Positions 32,133 through 43,269 of a stretch of 43,269 bases of DNA are shown here, piece by piece. Each line of letters begins with the position of its first letter. The first letter of the stretch is position 1. This DNA comes from Eubacteriales bacterium (GTDB taxonomy: Bacteria > Bacillota > Clostridia > Oscillospirales > CAG-272). Both the position numbers and the translations under genes were made by a program. The notes beneath the pieces were generated by a model that did no database searches, was not told where the DNA came from, and saw nothing but the letters and a program-made list of their open reading frames with translations. Location: positions 1 to 43,269 of the forward strand of contig JAZNBI010000017.1 in assembly GCA_045586995.1 (NCBI GenBank), given 5' to 3'.

Positions 32133-35100
32133 ATGGTCAATGTAAGCAATCTTGTAAAAGAGCAGCGACTTGGCAAAAATGTCAGAATGAGCTTTTCAAA
32201 AGTTGATTCGGCTATCGATTTACCAAATCTTGTGGAGATTCAAACAAAGTCATTTAAATGGTTTTTGGAGGAAGGACTTGCAGAGGTTCTGAGGGATGTT
32301 TCTCCTATATCCGATTATTCGGGTAAATTGCTTATTGAATTCGTTTCTTATTCCATCGATGAAAAAACAAGATACACTGTTGAGGAGTGCAAGGAAAGAG
32401 ATGCAAACTACGCCGCACCCTTAAAGGTTAACGTTCGCCTGACGAACAAAGAAACCGGCGAAGTAAAGCAGTCGGATATCTTTATGGGAGAGTTCCCGAT
32501 TATGACAGACACAGGTACGTTTGTTATAAACGGCGCAGAACGTGTTATCGTTTCGCAAATTGTACGCTCGCCCGGTATGTATTATGCATCTGATATCGAT
32601 AAGTCCGGTAAAAAAACCTTTACATCAACGGTTATTCCTTATCGCGGTGCATGGCTCGAATACGAAATCGATGCAAACGGTATTGCATATGTAAGAATAG
32701 ATAAAAACCGCAAGGTTCCGATGACAATGCTCATCAGAGCTCTCGGTGTTGTTCAGGTCGAAAAGGAATCTCAGAACAGAAGCGCCGAGTATAAGTCATA
32801 CTTGGAAACCAAGGAAGACGTATATGAGCTTTTCGGAGAGGATCCGCGACTTGTTGCTACATTTGAAAAGGACGAGTGCGAAGCTCTCGCTATGCAAAAC
32901 GGCACAAGTGCCGGAATTGAGGCGTTAAAGGAAATCTATAAAAAGCTTCGTCCGGGCGAACCACCGGCAGTTGATGCCGCATATTCGCTTATCAATAATT
33001 ATTTCTTTGATCCTAAGAGATATGATATCGCTCCCGTCGGAAGATATAAATATGATAAGAAAATGGATATACGTGACCGTATTGCAGGTCATAAGCTTGC
33101 CGAGGATGTTGTTAATACAATAACCGGAGAGCTTCTTTTTGAGGCGGGAACAATTCTCACCGATAAGACTGCTGACGATATTGAGCGTGCCGGAATCAAC
33201 AAGGTTTCGCTCGAGCTCGATAACGGTACGGTTATAAAGGTATTTTCAAATAATACTATTGAGCCGGAATGTATTCTCGGCTTTGACCTTAAGGATTGCG
33301 GAATTAACGAGAAGGTAAGAATCGACGCGCTCAACGACATTCTTAAGGAGTGCGAGGGTGATTTGGATGCCGTTAAGAATATGGTTAAGAACCGTATGGC
33401 ACAGCTTTGCCCCAAGCACATTACAAAGGACGATATTTTCGCATCCATCAACTATCTTTTGAACTTTGCTTATGATATAGGCAGAGCAGATGATATCGAC
33501 CACCTCGGAAACCGTCGTATTCGTTCGGTTGGCGAACAGCTTCAGAATCAGCTTCGTATCGGTTTTTCGAGAATGGACAAAATAATAAAAGAAAGAATGA
33601 CCACTCAGGATAACGAAAGTCTTACTCCTCAGGCGCTTATCAATATTCGCCCGATAGTAACGGTTATCAGAGAGTTTTTCGGTTCTTCTCAGCTCTCTCA
33701 GTTTATGGATCAGGCTAACCCGTTGTCAGAGCTTACACATAAACGCCGTCTGTCTGCGCTCGGACCGGGTGGATTGTCAAGAGACAGAGCTTCCTTTGAC
33801 GTTCGTGACGTACATTATACACACTACGGAAGAATGTGTCCGATAGAAACTCCGGAAGGTCCTAACATCGGTCTTATTTCCTATTTGGCTACTTATGCTC
33901 GCATCAGCGATTACGGCTTTATTGAAGCTCCCTACAAGAAGGTTGATAAAGCTACGGGAAGAGTTACCGACGAGGTCGTTTATATGACCGCCGACGAGGA
34001 GGATCAATATATCGTTGCTCAGGCGAATGAGCCGCTTGACAAAGACGGATATTTTGTAAACAAGCGCGTTACAGTGCGTGACAAGGCCGAAATTCTTGAG
34101 GTTGACGTTACCGATGTCGACTTTATGGACGTTTCGCCGAAAATGGTCGTTTCGGTCGCAACGGCAATGATCCCGTTCCTTGAAAATGACGATAACTCGC
34201 GTGCGCTTATGGGTTCGAACATGCAGAAGCAAGCAGTTCCGCTTATGGTTACCGACTCTCCTATCGTCGGTACAGGTATGGAATATAAGGCAGCGATCGA
34301 TTCGGGTGTCGTTGTAGTCGCTAAAAATTCCGGAGTTGCCGAGCACGTTGAGTCCAACAAGATCATTATTACTCGCGATAACGGTCAGAAGGATATTTAT
34401 AATCTTATAAAGTTCAAGCGTACAAACCAGGGTACTTGTTTCAATCAGCGTCCTATTATTACTCAGGGCGAGTATATTGAGGCAGGTCAGGTTATTGCCG
34501 ACGGTCCCGCTACTTCTTTGGGCGAGGTCGCATTAGGTAAAAACGCTCTCATCGGATTTATGACTTGGGAGGGTTACAACTACGAGGACGCTGTCCTGCT
34601 TAATGAAAAGCTTGTACGTGACGATGTTTATACATCCTTGCATATAGAAGAATATACACATGAAGCAAGAGATACAAAGCTTGGTCCGGAAGAAATAACA
34701 CGCGAGATCCCCAACGTCGGCGAAGATGCTCTTAAGGATCTTAATGCAGACGGTATCGTTAAGAAGGGAACAGAGGTTCGCGCGGGTGATATTCTCGTCG
34801 GAAAAATTACTCCCAAGGGAGAAACAGAGCTTACGGCAGAGGAAAGATTGCTTCGTGCTATTTTCGGAGAAAAGGCAAGAGAGGTAAGAGATACCTCTTT
34901 GCGCGTTCCTCACGGAGAATCGGGTATAGTCGTTGACGTTAAGGTGTTCTCACACGACCAGGGCGACGATCTTCCTACCGGAGTGAACAAGCAGGTTCGC
35001 GTATATATTGCACAAAAGAGAAAGATCTCTGTCGGAGATAAAATGGCAGGCCGTCACGGTAATAAGGGTGTTGTATCGAGAATACTTCCGCCCGAAGATA

Positions 35101-36113
35101 TGCCTTTTTTGCCCGACGGAACTCCGCTTGATATCGTGCTTAATCCTTTGGGCGTTCCTTCGCGTATGAATATAGGTCAGGTGCTCGAGGTGCATCTCGG
35201 TATTGCCGCACGTAAGCTCGGTTGGAAGATAATGACTCCCGTGTTCGACGGCGCAAACGAAAAGGATATTCTTGAGTGTCTTAAAAACGCAGGCGTTTAC
35301 CGCGATGTTTTCCCGTGTGAAAATATCGACGGCAAAGAGCTCATGATCGTTGATAAGGATGCCGAAACCGGCGAAATTAAAGTCAGCGAGCTTGACGAGG
35401 ACAGCAAAAACAATCCCGAAGTGCTTGCCGAGCTTATCGCCGAAAAGAAATTGAAGGTGGTTGACGGTAAGACCGTGCTTTATGACGGACGTACCGGTGA
35501 GCCCTTTGACAATCCCGTTACCGTAGGTATTATGTATTACCTTAAATTGCATCACCTTGTTGATGATAAAATTCACGCGCGCTCCAACGGCCCGTACTCT
35601 CTCGTTACTCAGCAGCCGCTCGGCGGTAAAGCCCAGTTCGGCGGTCAGCGTTTCGGAGAAATGGAGGTTTGGGCACTCGAGGCATACGGCGCTGCTTATA
35701 CGCTTCAGGAAATTCTTACGGTTAAATCCGACGATATTACCGGACGCCGTAAGGCATACGAAGCAATCATCAAGGGACAGAACATTCCTACACCGGGTGT
35801 TCCCGAATCCTTCAAGGTGCTTGTGAAAGAATTGCAGTCGTTGGCGCTCGATATTCGTGTGCTTGACAGCAACGGTGAAGAAATTCAGCTTTCGAGCTTG
35901 TGCAATGACGATGATACGACACCGTATTCGAACAAAGCCGATGCCGCTGCTATTGAAGAAGCGGTAGGACAGAAGGTTGAAACAGATGATATCGGCGATT
36001 CTTTCTTGATTGAAAACGTCGATGACGAAGAAGACGATGATGATGACCTTTTCAACGCATCGTTTGATGACGAGGATTCTGATGAAGATTTCCTTGATGA
36101 TGATAATATTTAA
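32133..36113 (+). CDS. rpoB: DNA-directed RNA polymerase subunit beta
   Basis: Canonical motifs throughout ([55 protein letters not shown]). ATG 32133 is preferred over the track's GTG 32049. Confidence 0.97.
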   Translation: MVNVSNLVKEQRLGKNVRMSFSKVDSAIDLPNLVEIQTKSFKWFLEEGLAEVLRDVSPISDYSGKLLIEFVSYSIDEKTRYTVEECKERDANYAAPLKVNVRLTNKETGEVKQSDIFMGEFPIMTDTGTFVINGAERVIVSQIVRSPGMYYASDIDKSGKKTFTSTVIPYRGAWLEYEIDANGIAYVRIDKNRKVPMTMLIRALGVVQVEKESQNRSAEYKSYLETKEDVYELFGEDPRLVATFEKDECEALAMQNGTSAGIEALKEIYKKLRPGEPPAVDAAYSLINNYFFDPKRYDIAPVGRYKYDKKMDIRDRIAGHKLAEDVVNTITGELLFEAGTILTDKTADDIERAGINKVSLELDNGTVIKVFSNNTIEPECILGFDLKDCGINEKVRIDALNDILKECEGDLDAVKNMVKNRMAQLCPKHITKDDIFASINYLLNFAYDIGRADDIDHLGNRRIRSVGEQLQNQLRIGFSRMDKIIKERMTTQDNESLTPQALINIRPIVTVIREFFGSSQLSQFMDQANPLSELTHKRRLSALGPGGLSRDRASFDVRDVHYTHYGRMCPIETPEGPNIGLISYLATYARISDYGFIEAPYKKVDKATGRVTDEVVYMTADEEDQYIVAQANEPLDKDGYFVNKRVTVRDKAEILEVDVTDVDFMDVSPKMVVSVATAMIPFLENDDNSRALMGSNMQKQAVPLMVTDSPIVGTGMEYKAAIDSGVVVVAKNSGVAEHVESNKIIITRDNGQKDIYNLIKFKRTNQGTCFNQRPIITQGEYIEAGQVIADGPATSLGEVALGKNALIGFMTWEGYNYEDAVLLNEKLVRDDVYTSLHIEEYTHEARDTKLGPEEITREIPNVGEDALKDLNADGIVKKGTEVRAGDILVGKITPKGETELTAEERLLRAIFGEKAREVRDTSLRVPHGESGIVVDVKVFSHDQGDDLPTGVNKQVRVYIAQKRKISVGDKMAGRHGNKGVVSRILPPEDMPFLPDGTPLDIVLNPLGVPSRMNIGQVLEVHLGIAARKLGWKIMTPVFDGANEKDILECLKNAGVYRDVFPCENIDGKELMIVDKDAETGEIKVSELDEDSKNNPEVLAELIAEKKLKVVDGKTVLYDGRTGEPFDNPVTVGIMYYLKLHHLVDDKIHARSNGPYSLVTQQPLGGKAQFGGQRFGEMEVWALEAYGAAYTLQEILTVKSDDITGRRKAYEAIIKGQNIPTPGVPESFKVLVKELQSLALDIRVLDSNGEEIQLSSLCNDDDTTPYSNKADAAAIEEAVGQKVETDDIGDSFLIENVDDEEDDDDDLFNASFDDEDSDEDFLDDDNI

Positions 36114-36133
36114 TTATAGTGAGGAGAACAGTT

Positions 36134-39100
36134 GTGGAGTATAATGAATTTGATTCAATAAAAATAGGCCTGGCGTCTCCCGAAATGATAAGAGAGTGGT
36201 CTTATGGAGAGGTTACAAAGCCCGAAACCATAAACTATCGCACACTTAAAGCGGAAATCGGCGGTTTATTCTGCGAACGGATTTTCGGTCCGACGAAGGA
36301 CGGTGCCTGCTTGTGCGGAAAATATAAGAATGCACATGTTACCAATCGCGACGGAAAACCTCACAAATGCGAAAAGTGCGGTGTTGAAATCACAACTAAA
36401 AAGGTTCGCCGCGAACGCATGGGACATATAGAATTGGCAGCTCCCGTTTCGCATATTTGGTATTTTAAAGCTATTCCTTCGCGTATGTCGCTTATTCTTG
36501 ACATATCACCGAAGCAGCTCGAGAACGTGCTCTATTTTGCAGAAAGCGTAGTTCTTGATCCCGGCACGACACCTCTCGCTAAGGGTATGGTGCTCAGTGA
36601 AAAGCAATATTCCGAGTATATCGAGCTTTATGAAAATGAGTTCAGAGTCGGAATGGGCGCAGAGGCAATTAAAGAGCTTCTTCAAGGCATAGATATTGAG
36701 GAGCTTTGCGCTAAGCTTAAGGAAGAGCTTGAAAAATCTACGGGTCAGAAAAAGATACGTGTTATAAAACGTCTTGAGGTTGCCGAGGCATTCAGAAAAT
36801 CCGGCAATAAGCTTGATTGGATGATACTCGACGTTATTCCGGTCATTCCTCCGGATATTCGACCGATGGTACAGCTCGACGGCGGACGCTTTGCTTCCTC
36901 CGACCTCAATGAGCTTTATCGCAGAGTTATAAGCCGTAATAACCGTCTTAAAAAGCTTATGGAGATACGCACACCGGATATAGTTATTCGAAATGAAAAG
37001 CGTATGCTTCAAGAGGCAGTTGACGCCTTGATAGATAACGGACGCAGAGGAAAGCCGGTTACAGGACCTTCCAACAGACCGTTGAAATCGCTTTCCGAGA
37101 TGCTCAGAGGTAAGCAGGGACGTTTCCGTCAGAACCTGCTCGGAAAACGTGTTGACTATTCGGGACGTTCGGTTATCGTTGTCGGACCTAATCTCAAGAT
37201 ATATCAATGCGGCCTGCCGAGAGAAATGGCTCTCGAGCTTTTCAAGCCCTTTATTGTAAAGCGTCTTGTTGAAATGCAAAAGGCAACAAACGTAAAAGAC
37301 GCACAGAAAAAGATTGATAAGGCGTATATATATCCCGAAGTTTGGGATGCGCTTGAAAATGTTATAAAGGAGCATCCGGTGCTTTTGAACCGCGCTCCGA
37401 CATTGCACCGTCTTTCTATTCAGGCGTTTGAGCCGGTTTTGGTTGACGGACGTGCGATTAAGCTTCACCCGTTGGTATGTACAGCATTTAATGCAGACTT
37501 TGACGGTGACCAGATGCCTGTACACGTTCCGCTTTCCGCAGAAGCTCAGGCAGAAGCGCGCTTCTTGATGCTTTCCGCAAATAACCTTTTGAAGCCGGTG
37601 GACGGTTGTGCTGTTGCCGTACCTTCACAGGATATGGTGCTCGGTTCTTACTATCTCACTATGGAAAAGCAGGGTGAGCCGGGAGAGGGAAGATGCTTCA
37701 GAGATCTCAACGAAGCTATTATGGCTTATGAAAATCACCAGCTGGGGCTTCATGCAAAGATCAGAATAAGAATTAAGAAGGTTATCGACGGCGTAGAAAA
37801 GTCAGCCGTTATAGAAACAACCCTTGGACGTATGATTTTTAACGATCCGATTCCTCAGGATCTCGGATTTGTTGACAGAAGTATTCCGGGAAACGAATTT
37901 TTACTTGAGATTGATTTCGTTACCAAGAAAAAAGACCTCGGTAAGATCATAGACAGATGCATTAAAAAGCACGGCTCAACGGTTTGCGCCAATATGCTTG
38001 ACGAAATCAAGGCGCTCGGATATAAATATTCGACTCAGGCGTCCTTCTCGATTTCGGTTTATGATATGACGATTCCGAAGGAAAAATCAACGCTTATTGC
38101 TCAAGCGCAGAAAAACGTTGATAAAATTGCAGGATTCTATAAGAGCGGTTTGCTTTCGGAAAATGAGCGTTATGCAAATGTAATTAAAATCTGGGAAGAT
38201 ACCACAAAGCAGGTTGTCGATGCGCTTCAGGATAGCTTCGACGCTTACAACCCGATAAAGATAATGAGTGACTCCGGAGCCCGTGGTTCTATCGCTCAGA
38301 TGCGTCAGCTTGCCGGTATGCGCGGACTTATGTTTGCTACGAACGGTAAAACTATCGAGCTTCCCATTAAGTCCAACTTCCGTGAAGGTCTTAATATATT
38401 GGAGTATTTCATGGGAGCGCGCGGATCTCGTAAATCGCTTTCGGATACAGCGCTTCGTACAGCAGACTCGGGTTACCTTACCCGTCGTCTTGTTGACGTT
38501 TCTCAGGACGTTATCATCAGAGAAGAAAAGTGCGATACTACAAAGGGCGAATGGGTCAGCGAAATTATCGACGAAAAAGACAAAAACGTACTTGAGCCGC
38601 TTGCAGACAGAATTCTCGGACGTTATACGATAGGTCCTGTTGTACATCCCGAAACAGGCGAGATTCTCGTTGAGGATGATACAATGATTTCCGATGACGA
38701 TGCTAAGAAGATTATTGCGGCGGGAATCGATAAGGTCTATATCAGAACAGCGCTTCAATGTCATTCGAAGCACGGTATATGTGCACATTGTTACGGTGCT
38801 GACCTTGCATCGGGCAAGCAGGTTAACGTCGGTGAAGCGGTCGGTATCATTGCCGCGCAGTCAATCGGTGAGCCGGGTACACAGCTTACGATGAGAACCT
38901 TCCACTCGGGCGGTGTTGCAGGTTCCGATATTACTCAGGGTCTTCCCAGAGTTGAAGAACTGTTTGAGGCAAGACAGCCGAAGAAGGTTGCTATTATGAC
39001 CGAGCATTCTGGAATCGCTCATATCGTTCCGGGCGAAACCTCGAGTGTAAGTGACATTATGATAACCTCCGAGGAAACAGGAGAAACCATCAAATATGCA

Positions 39101-39709
39101 GTGCCGTACGGTATCCGTATTTCCATAAATGACGGTCAGCACGTTGTAAAGGGTCAGGCGCTTACCGAAGGTAATAAGAGCCCTGCCGACATTATGAGAA
39201 TCCTTGGTATTGACGCGGTTTACGAATATTTGATCAAGGAAATTCAGAGAGTTTACCGCTCGCAGTCGGTTAACGTAAACGATAAGCACATTGAAATTAT
39301 CGCTCGTCAGATGACAAGAAAGATCTTTGTCGAGGATTCCGGAAGCACTGAGTTGTTGCTTAACGCAATGGTTGATGTCGGAGATTTCGAAGCCGAGAAT
39401 AAAGCTATTGAGCAGAGAATTCAAGCGGGCGAAAGCAATCTTGTGCTTGCGCAAGGATCTCCTGTGCTGCTTGGTATTACCAAGGCATCGCTTATGACAG
39501 AATCCTTCCTTTCCGCAGCGTCCTTCCAGGAAACCACGAAGGTCCTTACCGAGGCGGCAGTCAAGGGTAAGGTTGACCACCTGCTCGGACTTAAGGAAAA
39601 CGTCATTATCGGTAAGCTTATTCCTGCCGGAACAGGTATGGCTTGTTACAGAGATGTCGAGATAGTTTCGAACAAGGAAGAGGATAACAAATACGTGCAA
39701 ACAATGTAA
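36134..39709 (+). CDS. rpoC: DNA-directed RNA polymerase subunit beta'
   Basis: Zn-binding CLCGKY..CEKCG and [12 protein letters not shown] 36134 follows a GAGGAG RBS; the track start is 36119. Confidence 0.97.
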   Translation: MEYNEFDSIKIGLASPEMIREWSYGEVTKPETINYRTLKAEIGGLFCERIFGPTKDGACLCGKYKNAHVTNRDGKPHKCEKCGVEITTKKVRRERMGHIELAAPVSHIWYFKAIPSRMSLILDISPKQLENVLYFAESVVLDPGTTPLAKGMVLSEKQYSEYIELYENEFRVGMGAEAIKELLQGIDIEELCAKLKEELEKSTGQKKIRVIKRLEVAEAFRKSGNKLDWMILDVIPVIPPDIRPMVQLDGGRFASSDLNELYRRVISRNNRLKKLMEIRTPDIVIRNEKRMLQEAVDALIDNGRRGKPVTGPSNRPLKSLSEMLRGKQGRFRQNLLGKRVDYSGRSVIVVGPNLKIYQCGLPREMALELFKPFIVKRLVEMQKATNVKDAQKKIDKAYIYPEVWDALENVIKEHPVLLNRAPTLHRLSIQAFEPVLVDGRAIKLHPLVCTAFNADFDGDQMPVHVPLSAEAQAEARFLMLSANNLLKPVDGCAVAVPSQDMVLGSYYLTMEKQGEPGEGRCFRDLNEAIMAYENHQLGLHAKIRIRIKKVIDGVEKSAVIETTLGRMIFNDPIPQDLGFVDRSIPGNEFLLEIDFVTKKKDLGKIIDRCIKKHGSTVCANMLDEIKALGYKYSTQASFSISVYDMTIPKEKSTLIAQAQKNVDKIAGFYKSGLLSENERYANVIKIWEDTTKQVVDALQDSFDAYNPIKIMSDSGARGSIAQMRQLAGMRGLMFATNGKTIELPIKSNFREGLNILEYFMGARGSRKSLSDTALRTADSGYLTRRLVDVSQDVIIREEKCDTTKGEWVSEIIDEKDKNVLEPLADRILGRYTIGPVVHPETGEILVEDDTMISDDDAKKIIAAGIDKVYIRTALQCHSKHGICAHCYGADLASGKQVNVGEAVGIIAAQSIGEPGTQLTMRTFHSGGVAGSDITQGLPRVEELFEARQPKKVAIMTEHSGIAHIVPGETSSVSDIMITSEETGETIKYAVPYGIRISINDGQHVVKGQALTEGNKSPADIMRILGIDAVYEYLIKEIQRVYRSQSVNVNDKHIEIIARQMTRKIFVEDSGSTELLLNAMVDVGDFEAENKAIEQRIQAGESNLVLAQGSPVLLGITKASLMTESFLSAASFQETTKVLTEAAVKGKVDHLLGLKENVIIGKLIPAGTGMACYRDVEIVSNKEEDNKYVQTM

Positions 39710-39802
39710 GTTGTTTGGTTATAACAAAAGTTTGCAAAGATTTTCATTTAACTTTTTACGATTTGTGTAAAACGTAGAAAAAAAGATGTATAAATAATGC
39801 AT

Positions 39803-39831
39803 CTTGACAAAATTATAGTAAAATGCTATAA
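39803..39831 (+). promoter_or_regulatory. str-operon promoter TTGACA-17-TGcTATAAT
   Basis: Hexamers at 39803-39808 and 39826-39831. Confidence 0.55.
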
Positions 39832-39987
39832 TATGATGAATTGTCTTGTAGCAGACAAAAAAATTGTTACAAACGTTTATCGGTTTGTTGTATATTTATT
39901 GAAATATGTCAGAATATTTGATTTTTATATTACCTCCGATGTACGTCTGTTATATAAACATTAAAATATTAAAGAAGGAGGAAGAAA

Positions 39988-40401
39988 ATGCCAACCTTTA
40001 ATCAGCTTGTCAGACAAGGTCGCAGCGATAAGATTTATAAATCCAAAGCTCCGGTTCTCCAGAGTGGATTCAATACTCTTAAAAATTCGTCAATCGACCA
40101 AAGCTCTCCGCAAAAAAGAGGAGTTTGCACAAAGGTTTCTACGGTAAGCCCGAAGAAGCCGAACTCTGCTCTTCGTAAAATTGCCAGAGTAAGACTTACC
40201 AACGGTTTTGAAGCGACAACCTACATTCCCGGTATCGGCCACAATCTTCAGGAACACTCTGTTGTTCTTATCAGAGGCGGAAGAGTACGTGACCTGCCCG
40301 GTGTACGTTATCACATCATCCGTGGTACTCTTGATGCACAAGGCGTTGCAAACCGTAAACAGAGCCGTTCTAAATACGGCGCTAAAGCTCCGAAGAAATA
40401 A
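39988..40401 (+). CDS. rpsL: 30S ribosomal protein S12
   Basis: [12 protein letters not shown]...[10 protein letters not shown]. Confidence 0.97.
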   Translation: MPTFNQLVRQGRSDKIYKSKAPVLQSGFNTLKNSSIDQSSPQKRGVCTKVSTVSPKKPNSALRKIARVRLTNGFEATTYIPGIGHNLQEHSVVLIRGGRVRDLPGVRYHIIRGTLDAQGVANRKQSRSKYGAKAPKK

Positions 40402-40553
40402 TACGGAGCGTCAATTAAAGGTATAAAGCAAACAGCTCGTCTGATATGTTATTGTAAATTTTAATGTTTATTTGATAACTTTGACGCGCGCATACAGAAG
40501 AATTGCTTTTGAGTACCTGTGAATTCATAATATTAATGAAGGAGGGAAGTACA

Positions 40554-41024
40554 GTGCCGAGAAGAGGACGTATATCCAAAAGAGATGTATTGCCGGATCC
40601 GTTGTATAATTCCAAGCTTGTAACAAAGCTTATCAATAATATAATGTATGACGGCAAAAAGGGTGTTGCCCAGAAAATAGTATATGATGCATTCGAAATC
40701 ATAGAAAAGAACCAGGGACAAAACCCGTTGGAGCTTTTCCAAGAAGCTCTTGAAAATGTTATGCCGGTTCTTGAGGTTAAAGCCCGCCGTGTAGGTGGTT
40801 CAACGTATCAAGTGCCGATGGAAGTTAGAGCAGAAAGACGCCAGACACTTGGTCTCAGATGGCTTGTTAATTATTCAAGAAGCCGTGGCGAACGTACAAT
40901 GGCAGACCGTCTTGCAGCAGAAATTACTGATGCAAAGAACAGCGCCGGCGGAGCGTTTAAGAAGAAAGAAGAGACACACAGAATGGCAGAAGCAAACAAA
41001 GCGTTTGCACATTACAGATATTGA
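40554..41024 (+). CDS. rpsG: 30S ribosomal protein S7
   Basis: GTG start after GAAGGAGGG. (M)[19 protein letters not shown]. Confidence 0.95.
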   Translation: MPRRGRISKRDVLPDPLYNSKLVTKLINNIMYDGKKGVAQKIVYDAFEIIEKNQGQNPLELFQEALENVMPVLEVKARRVGGSTYQVPMEVRAERRQTLGLRWLVNYSRSRGERTMADRLAAEITDAKNSAGGAFKKKEETHRMAEANKAFAHYRY

Positions 41025-41043
41025 TTTAAAGGAGACCTGATTA

Positions 41044-43122
41044 ATGCCAAGGGAATATCCGTTGGACCGTATTCGCAATATCGGTATCATGGCACACATT
41101 GATGCCGGAAAGACAACTACGACCGAAAGAATTTTGTTTTACACAGGCAAAACTCATAAGCTCGGTGAAACACACGAGGGTTCTGCCACTATGGACTGGA
41201 TGGAGCAAGAGCAGGAAAGAGGTATTACGATAACCTCGGCTGCTACAACTTGCTTTTGGAAAGACAATCGTATTAATATAATTGATACTCCCGGACACGT
41301 TGACTTCACAGTAGAAGTTGAGCGTTCGTTGAGAGTTCTTGATGGCTCTGTAACCGTCTTTTGTGCAAAAGGCGGAGTTGAACCGCAATCCGAAACTGTA
41401 TGGAGACAAGCGAACAAGTATAGAGTTCCGAGAATGGCTTATGTAAATAAGATGGACATTACCGGAGCAAATTTCTATCGCGTTGTTGATATGATAAGGG
41501 ATAGATTGCATGCGGTTCCTGTTCCGATTCAGCTTCCTATTGGTCAAGAAGATACCTTTAGAGGTATCATAGACCTCATAAATATGGAAGCGGATATATA
41601 TTACGATGAGCTTGGTAAGGATATGAGGGTTGAACCTATCCCGGAAGATATGCTTGATAAAGCTAACGAATATAGACAGGCGATGATAGAGGCAATTGCT
41701 GAAAATGATGATGCCTTGCTTGAAAAATTCCTTGCAGATGAAGAAATTTCCAAGGACGAAATCAAACAAGCACTCCGTAAAGCAACTATTGACAACACTG
41801 TTGTTCCTGTAGTTTGCGGAACCTCTTATAGAAATAAGGGCGTTCAAAAGCTGCTTGATGCAATCGTTGACTATATGCCGTCACCGCTTGATGTTCCTGC
41901 TATTAAGGGCATAGACCCCGATACAAATGAAGAATGCGAGAGAAAGTCTGATGACAATGAACCGTTCTCAGCACTTGCATTTAAAATTATGACTGACCCG
42001 TATGTTGGAAGACTCTGCTTCTTCAGAGTTTATTCCGGTTCTATTGAAGCCGGTTCTACAGCGTATAACTCAACCAAGGGTGCAAGAGAGCGTTTTGGAC
42101 GTATTCTGCAGATGCACGCCAACGACAGAAAAGATATCAGCTGCTGTTACAGCGGTGATATTGCAGCTGTTGTCGGAACGAAGAATACAACCACAGGAGA
42201 TACCTTCTGTGATGAAAAGAAACCCGTTATTCTTGAATCTATGGTATTCCCTGAACCTGTTATTCGTTTGGCTATTGAGCCAAAAACTCGTGCAGGTCAG
42301 GAAAAGATGGGAATTGCGCTTTCGAAGCTTGCAGAAGAGGACCCGACCTTCCGCACATATACCGATGACGAAACCGGACAAACTATTATTGCCGGTATGG
42401 GTGAGCTTCACCTTGAAATAATCGTTGACAGACTTCTTAGAGAGTTTAAGATCGAGGCAAATATCGGTAAGCCGCAGGTTGCTTATAAGGAAACCATTCG
42501 CAAAAAGGTTGACCAAGAAACAAAATATGCACGTCAGTCCGGCGGTAAAGGACAGTACGGTCATGTTAAGATCATCGTAGAACCTAACGAAGCAGGCAAG
42601 GGATATGAATTTATCAACTCTGTTACAGGCGGAGCAATTCCGAAGGAATATATAGGACCTGTCGATGCAGGTATCCAAGGAGCAATGCAAAGCGGTGTTC
42701 TTGCAGGATATAATGTTGTTGACGTAAAGGTTACACTTTACGACGGTTCTTATCACGAAGTTGACTCTTCGGAAATGGCATTCAAGATTGCTGCATCGAT
42801 GGCATTCAAGGAAGCTATGAGAAAAGCCGATCCCGTGCTTACCGAGCCGATCATGAAGGTTGTTGTTATTACACCCGATGAATATATGGGTGATATAATA
42901 GGCGACCTCAATTCAAGACGCGGTCAGATTCAGTCGATGGAAGCGCAAGCGGGCGCTCAGGAGATTTTTGCCTTTGTTCCGTTGTCTGAGATGTTCGGTT
43001 ACGCAACCGAATTGCGCTCCAAATCACAAGGACGCGCACAGTATACTATGGAGCCGAGTCATTTTGCTGAGGTTCCGAAGTCTATTCAGGAAAATATAGT
43101 AACAGCCAGAGCAAAAGGCTGA
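41044..43122 (+). CDS. fusA: translation elongation factor G
   Basis: [30 protein letters not shown] and NKMD. 692 aa. Confidence 0.97.
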   Translation: MPREYPLDRIRNIGIMAHIDAGKTTTTERILFYTGKTHKLGETHEGSATMDWMEQEQERGITITSAATTCFWKDNRINIIDTPGHVDFTVEVERSLRVLDGSVTVFCAKGGVEPQSETVWRQANKYRVPRMAYVNKMDITGANFYRVVDMIRDRLHAVPVPIQLPIGQEDTFRGIIDLINMEADIYYDELGKDMRVEPIPEDMLDKANEYRQAMIEAIAENDDALLEKFLADEEISKDEIKQALRKATIDNTVVPVVCGTSYRNKGVQKLLDAIVDYMPSPLDVPAIKGIDPDTNEECERKSDDNEPFSALAFKIMTDPYVGRLCFFRVYSGSIEAGSTAYNSTKGARERFGRILQMHANDRKDISCCYSGDIAAVVGTKNTTTGDTFCDEKKPVILESMVFPEPVIRLAIEPKTRAGQEKMGIALSKLAEEDPTFRTYTDDETGQTIIAGMGELHLEIIVDRLLREFKIEANIGKPQVAYKETIRKKVDQETKYARQSGGKGQYGHVKIIVEPNEAGKGYEFINSVTGGAIPKEYIGPVDAGIQGAMQSGVLAGYNVVDVKVTLYDGSYHEVDSSEMAFKIAASMAFKEAMRKADPVLTEPIMKVVVITPDEYMGDIIGDLNSRRGQIQSMEAQAGAQEIFAFVPLSEMFGYATELRSKSQGRAQYTMEPSHFAEVPKSIQENIVTARAKG

Positions 43123-43144
43123 TACAAAATTATTTTAAAATTAA

Positions 43145-43269
<125 letters not shown>

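Noticed and set aside
32746-42756. Many long antisense or out-of-frame ORFs inside rpoB, rpoC and fusA (for example 36506..37525, 38087..38788, 38861..39700, 34950..35576, 41041..41847, 42070..42756).
   Set aside because: They overlap highly conserved genes whose identity is unambiguous, so they are shadow ORFs. The same applies to those inside lepA, hemW, int, the MATE gene and cysK.

Overview
This is a low-GC Firmicutes (Clostridia-like) chromosome segment. No rRNA gene, CRISPR array, transposase or phage structural gene was seen.

Accessory region (about 1149-15533): a ~14.3-kb integrative island sits at a tRNA-Arg(CCU) locus.
- The backbone at the right end is a P4/D5-type primase-helicase, an excisionase and a tyrosine integrase.
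- TTGTAGGCA arm-type repeats lie near both ends.
- The island is flanked by an orphan tRNA 3' half (1149-1192) on the left. On the right are an intact tRNA-Arg(CCU) (15356-15430) and an orphan tRNA 5' half (15493-15533).
- The cargo is a mosaic, and much of it is visibly AT-rich. It contains:
  - a self-contained operon of a small 2-TM protein, a TRAFAC-type GTPase and an orphan protein (1512-3453);
  - a convergent pair under a divergent XRE gene: a 765-aa glycine-zipper/multi-zinc-ribbon protein plus a zinc-ribbon-TM2 protein (3604-6637);
  - a Zn-finger amidoligase translationally coupled to a class-II (Ntn) amidotransferase (6732-8764);
  - a small serine recombinase and a DUF3846 protein;
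  - two mini hydrophobic peptides;
  - a 490-aa orphan whose promoter is bracketed by a perfect 23-bp inverted repeat (10250-10365).

The best candidates for an undescribed defence or conflict system are the GTPase triad, the XRE/Zn-ribbon/TM2 module and the possibly switchable 490-aa orphan.

Core region (15650 to the end): vanZ-like, rplU-prp-rpmA with an L21-type leader, lepA, hemW, a DUF1292 gene, an SPFH/Zn-ribbon/TPM (ydjI-G-H-like) operon behind a structured terminator-containing leader, secG, a MATE pump, an HD hydrolase, a YtvI-like permease, cysK, rpsT, rpoB-rpoC and rpsL-rpsG-fusA-tuf(partial).

The leftmost 1.1 kb has no convincing long CDS. It holds a promoter-to-terminator ncRNA candidate, a 25-bp perfect hairpin and one copy of a 110-bp promoter+hairpin unit. 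The second copy of that unit lies next to the intact tRNA.

All family calls come from motif recognition by eye. No database search was run.
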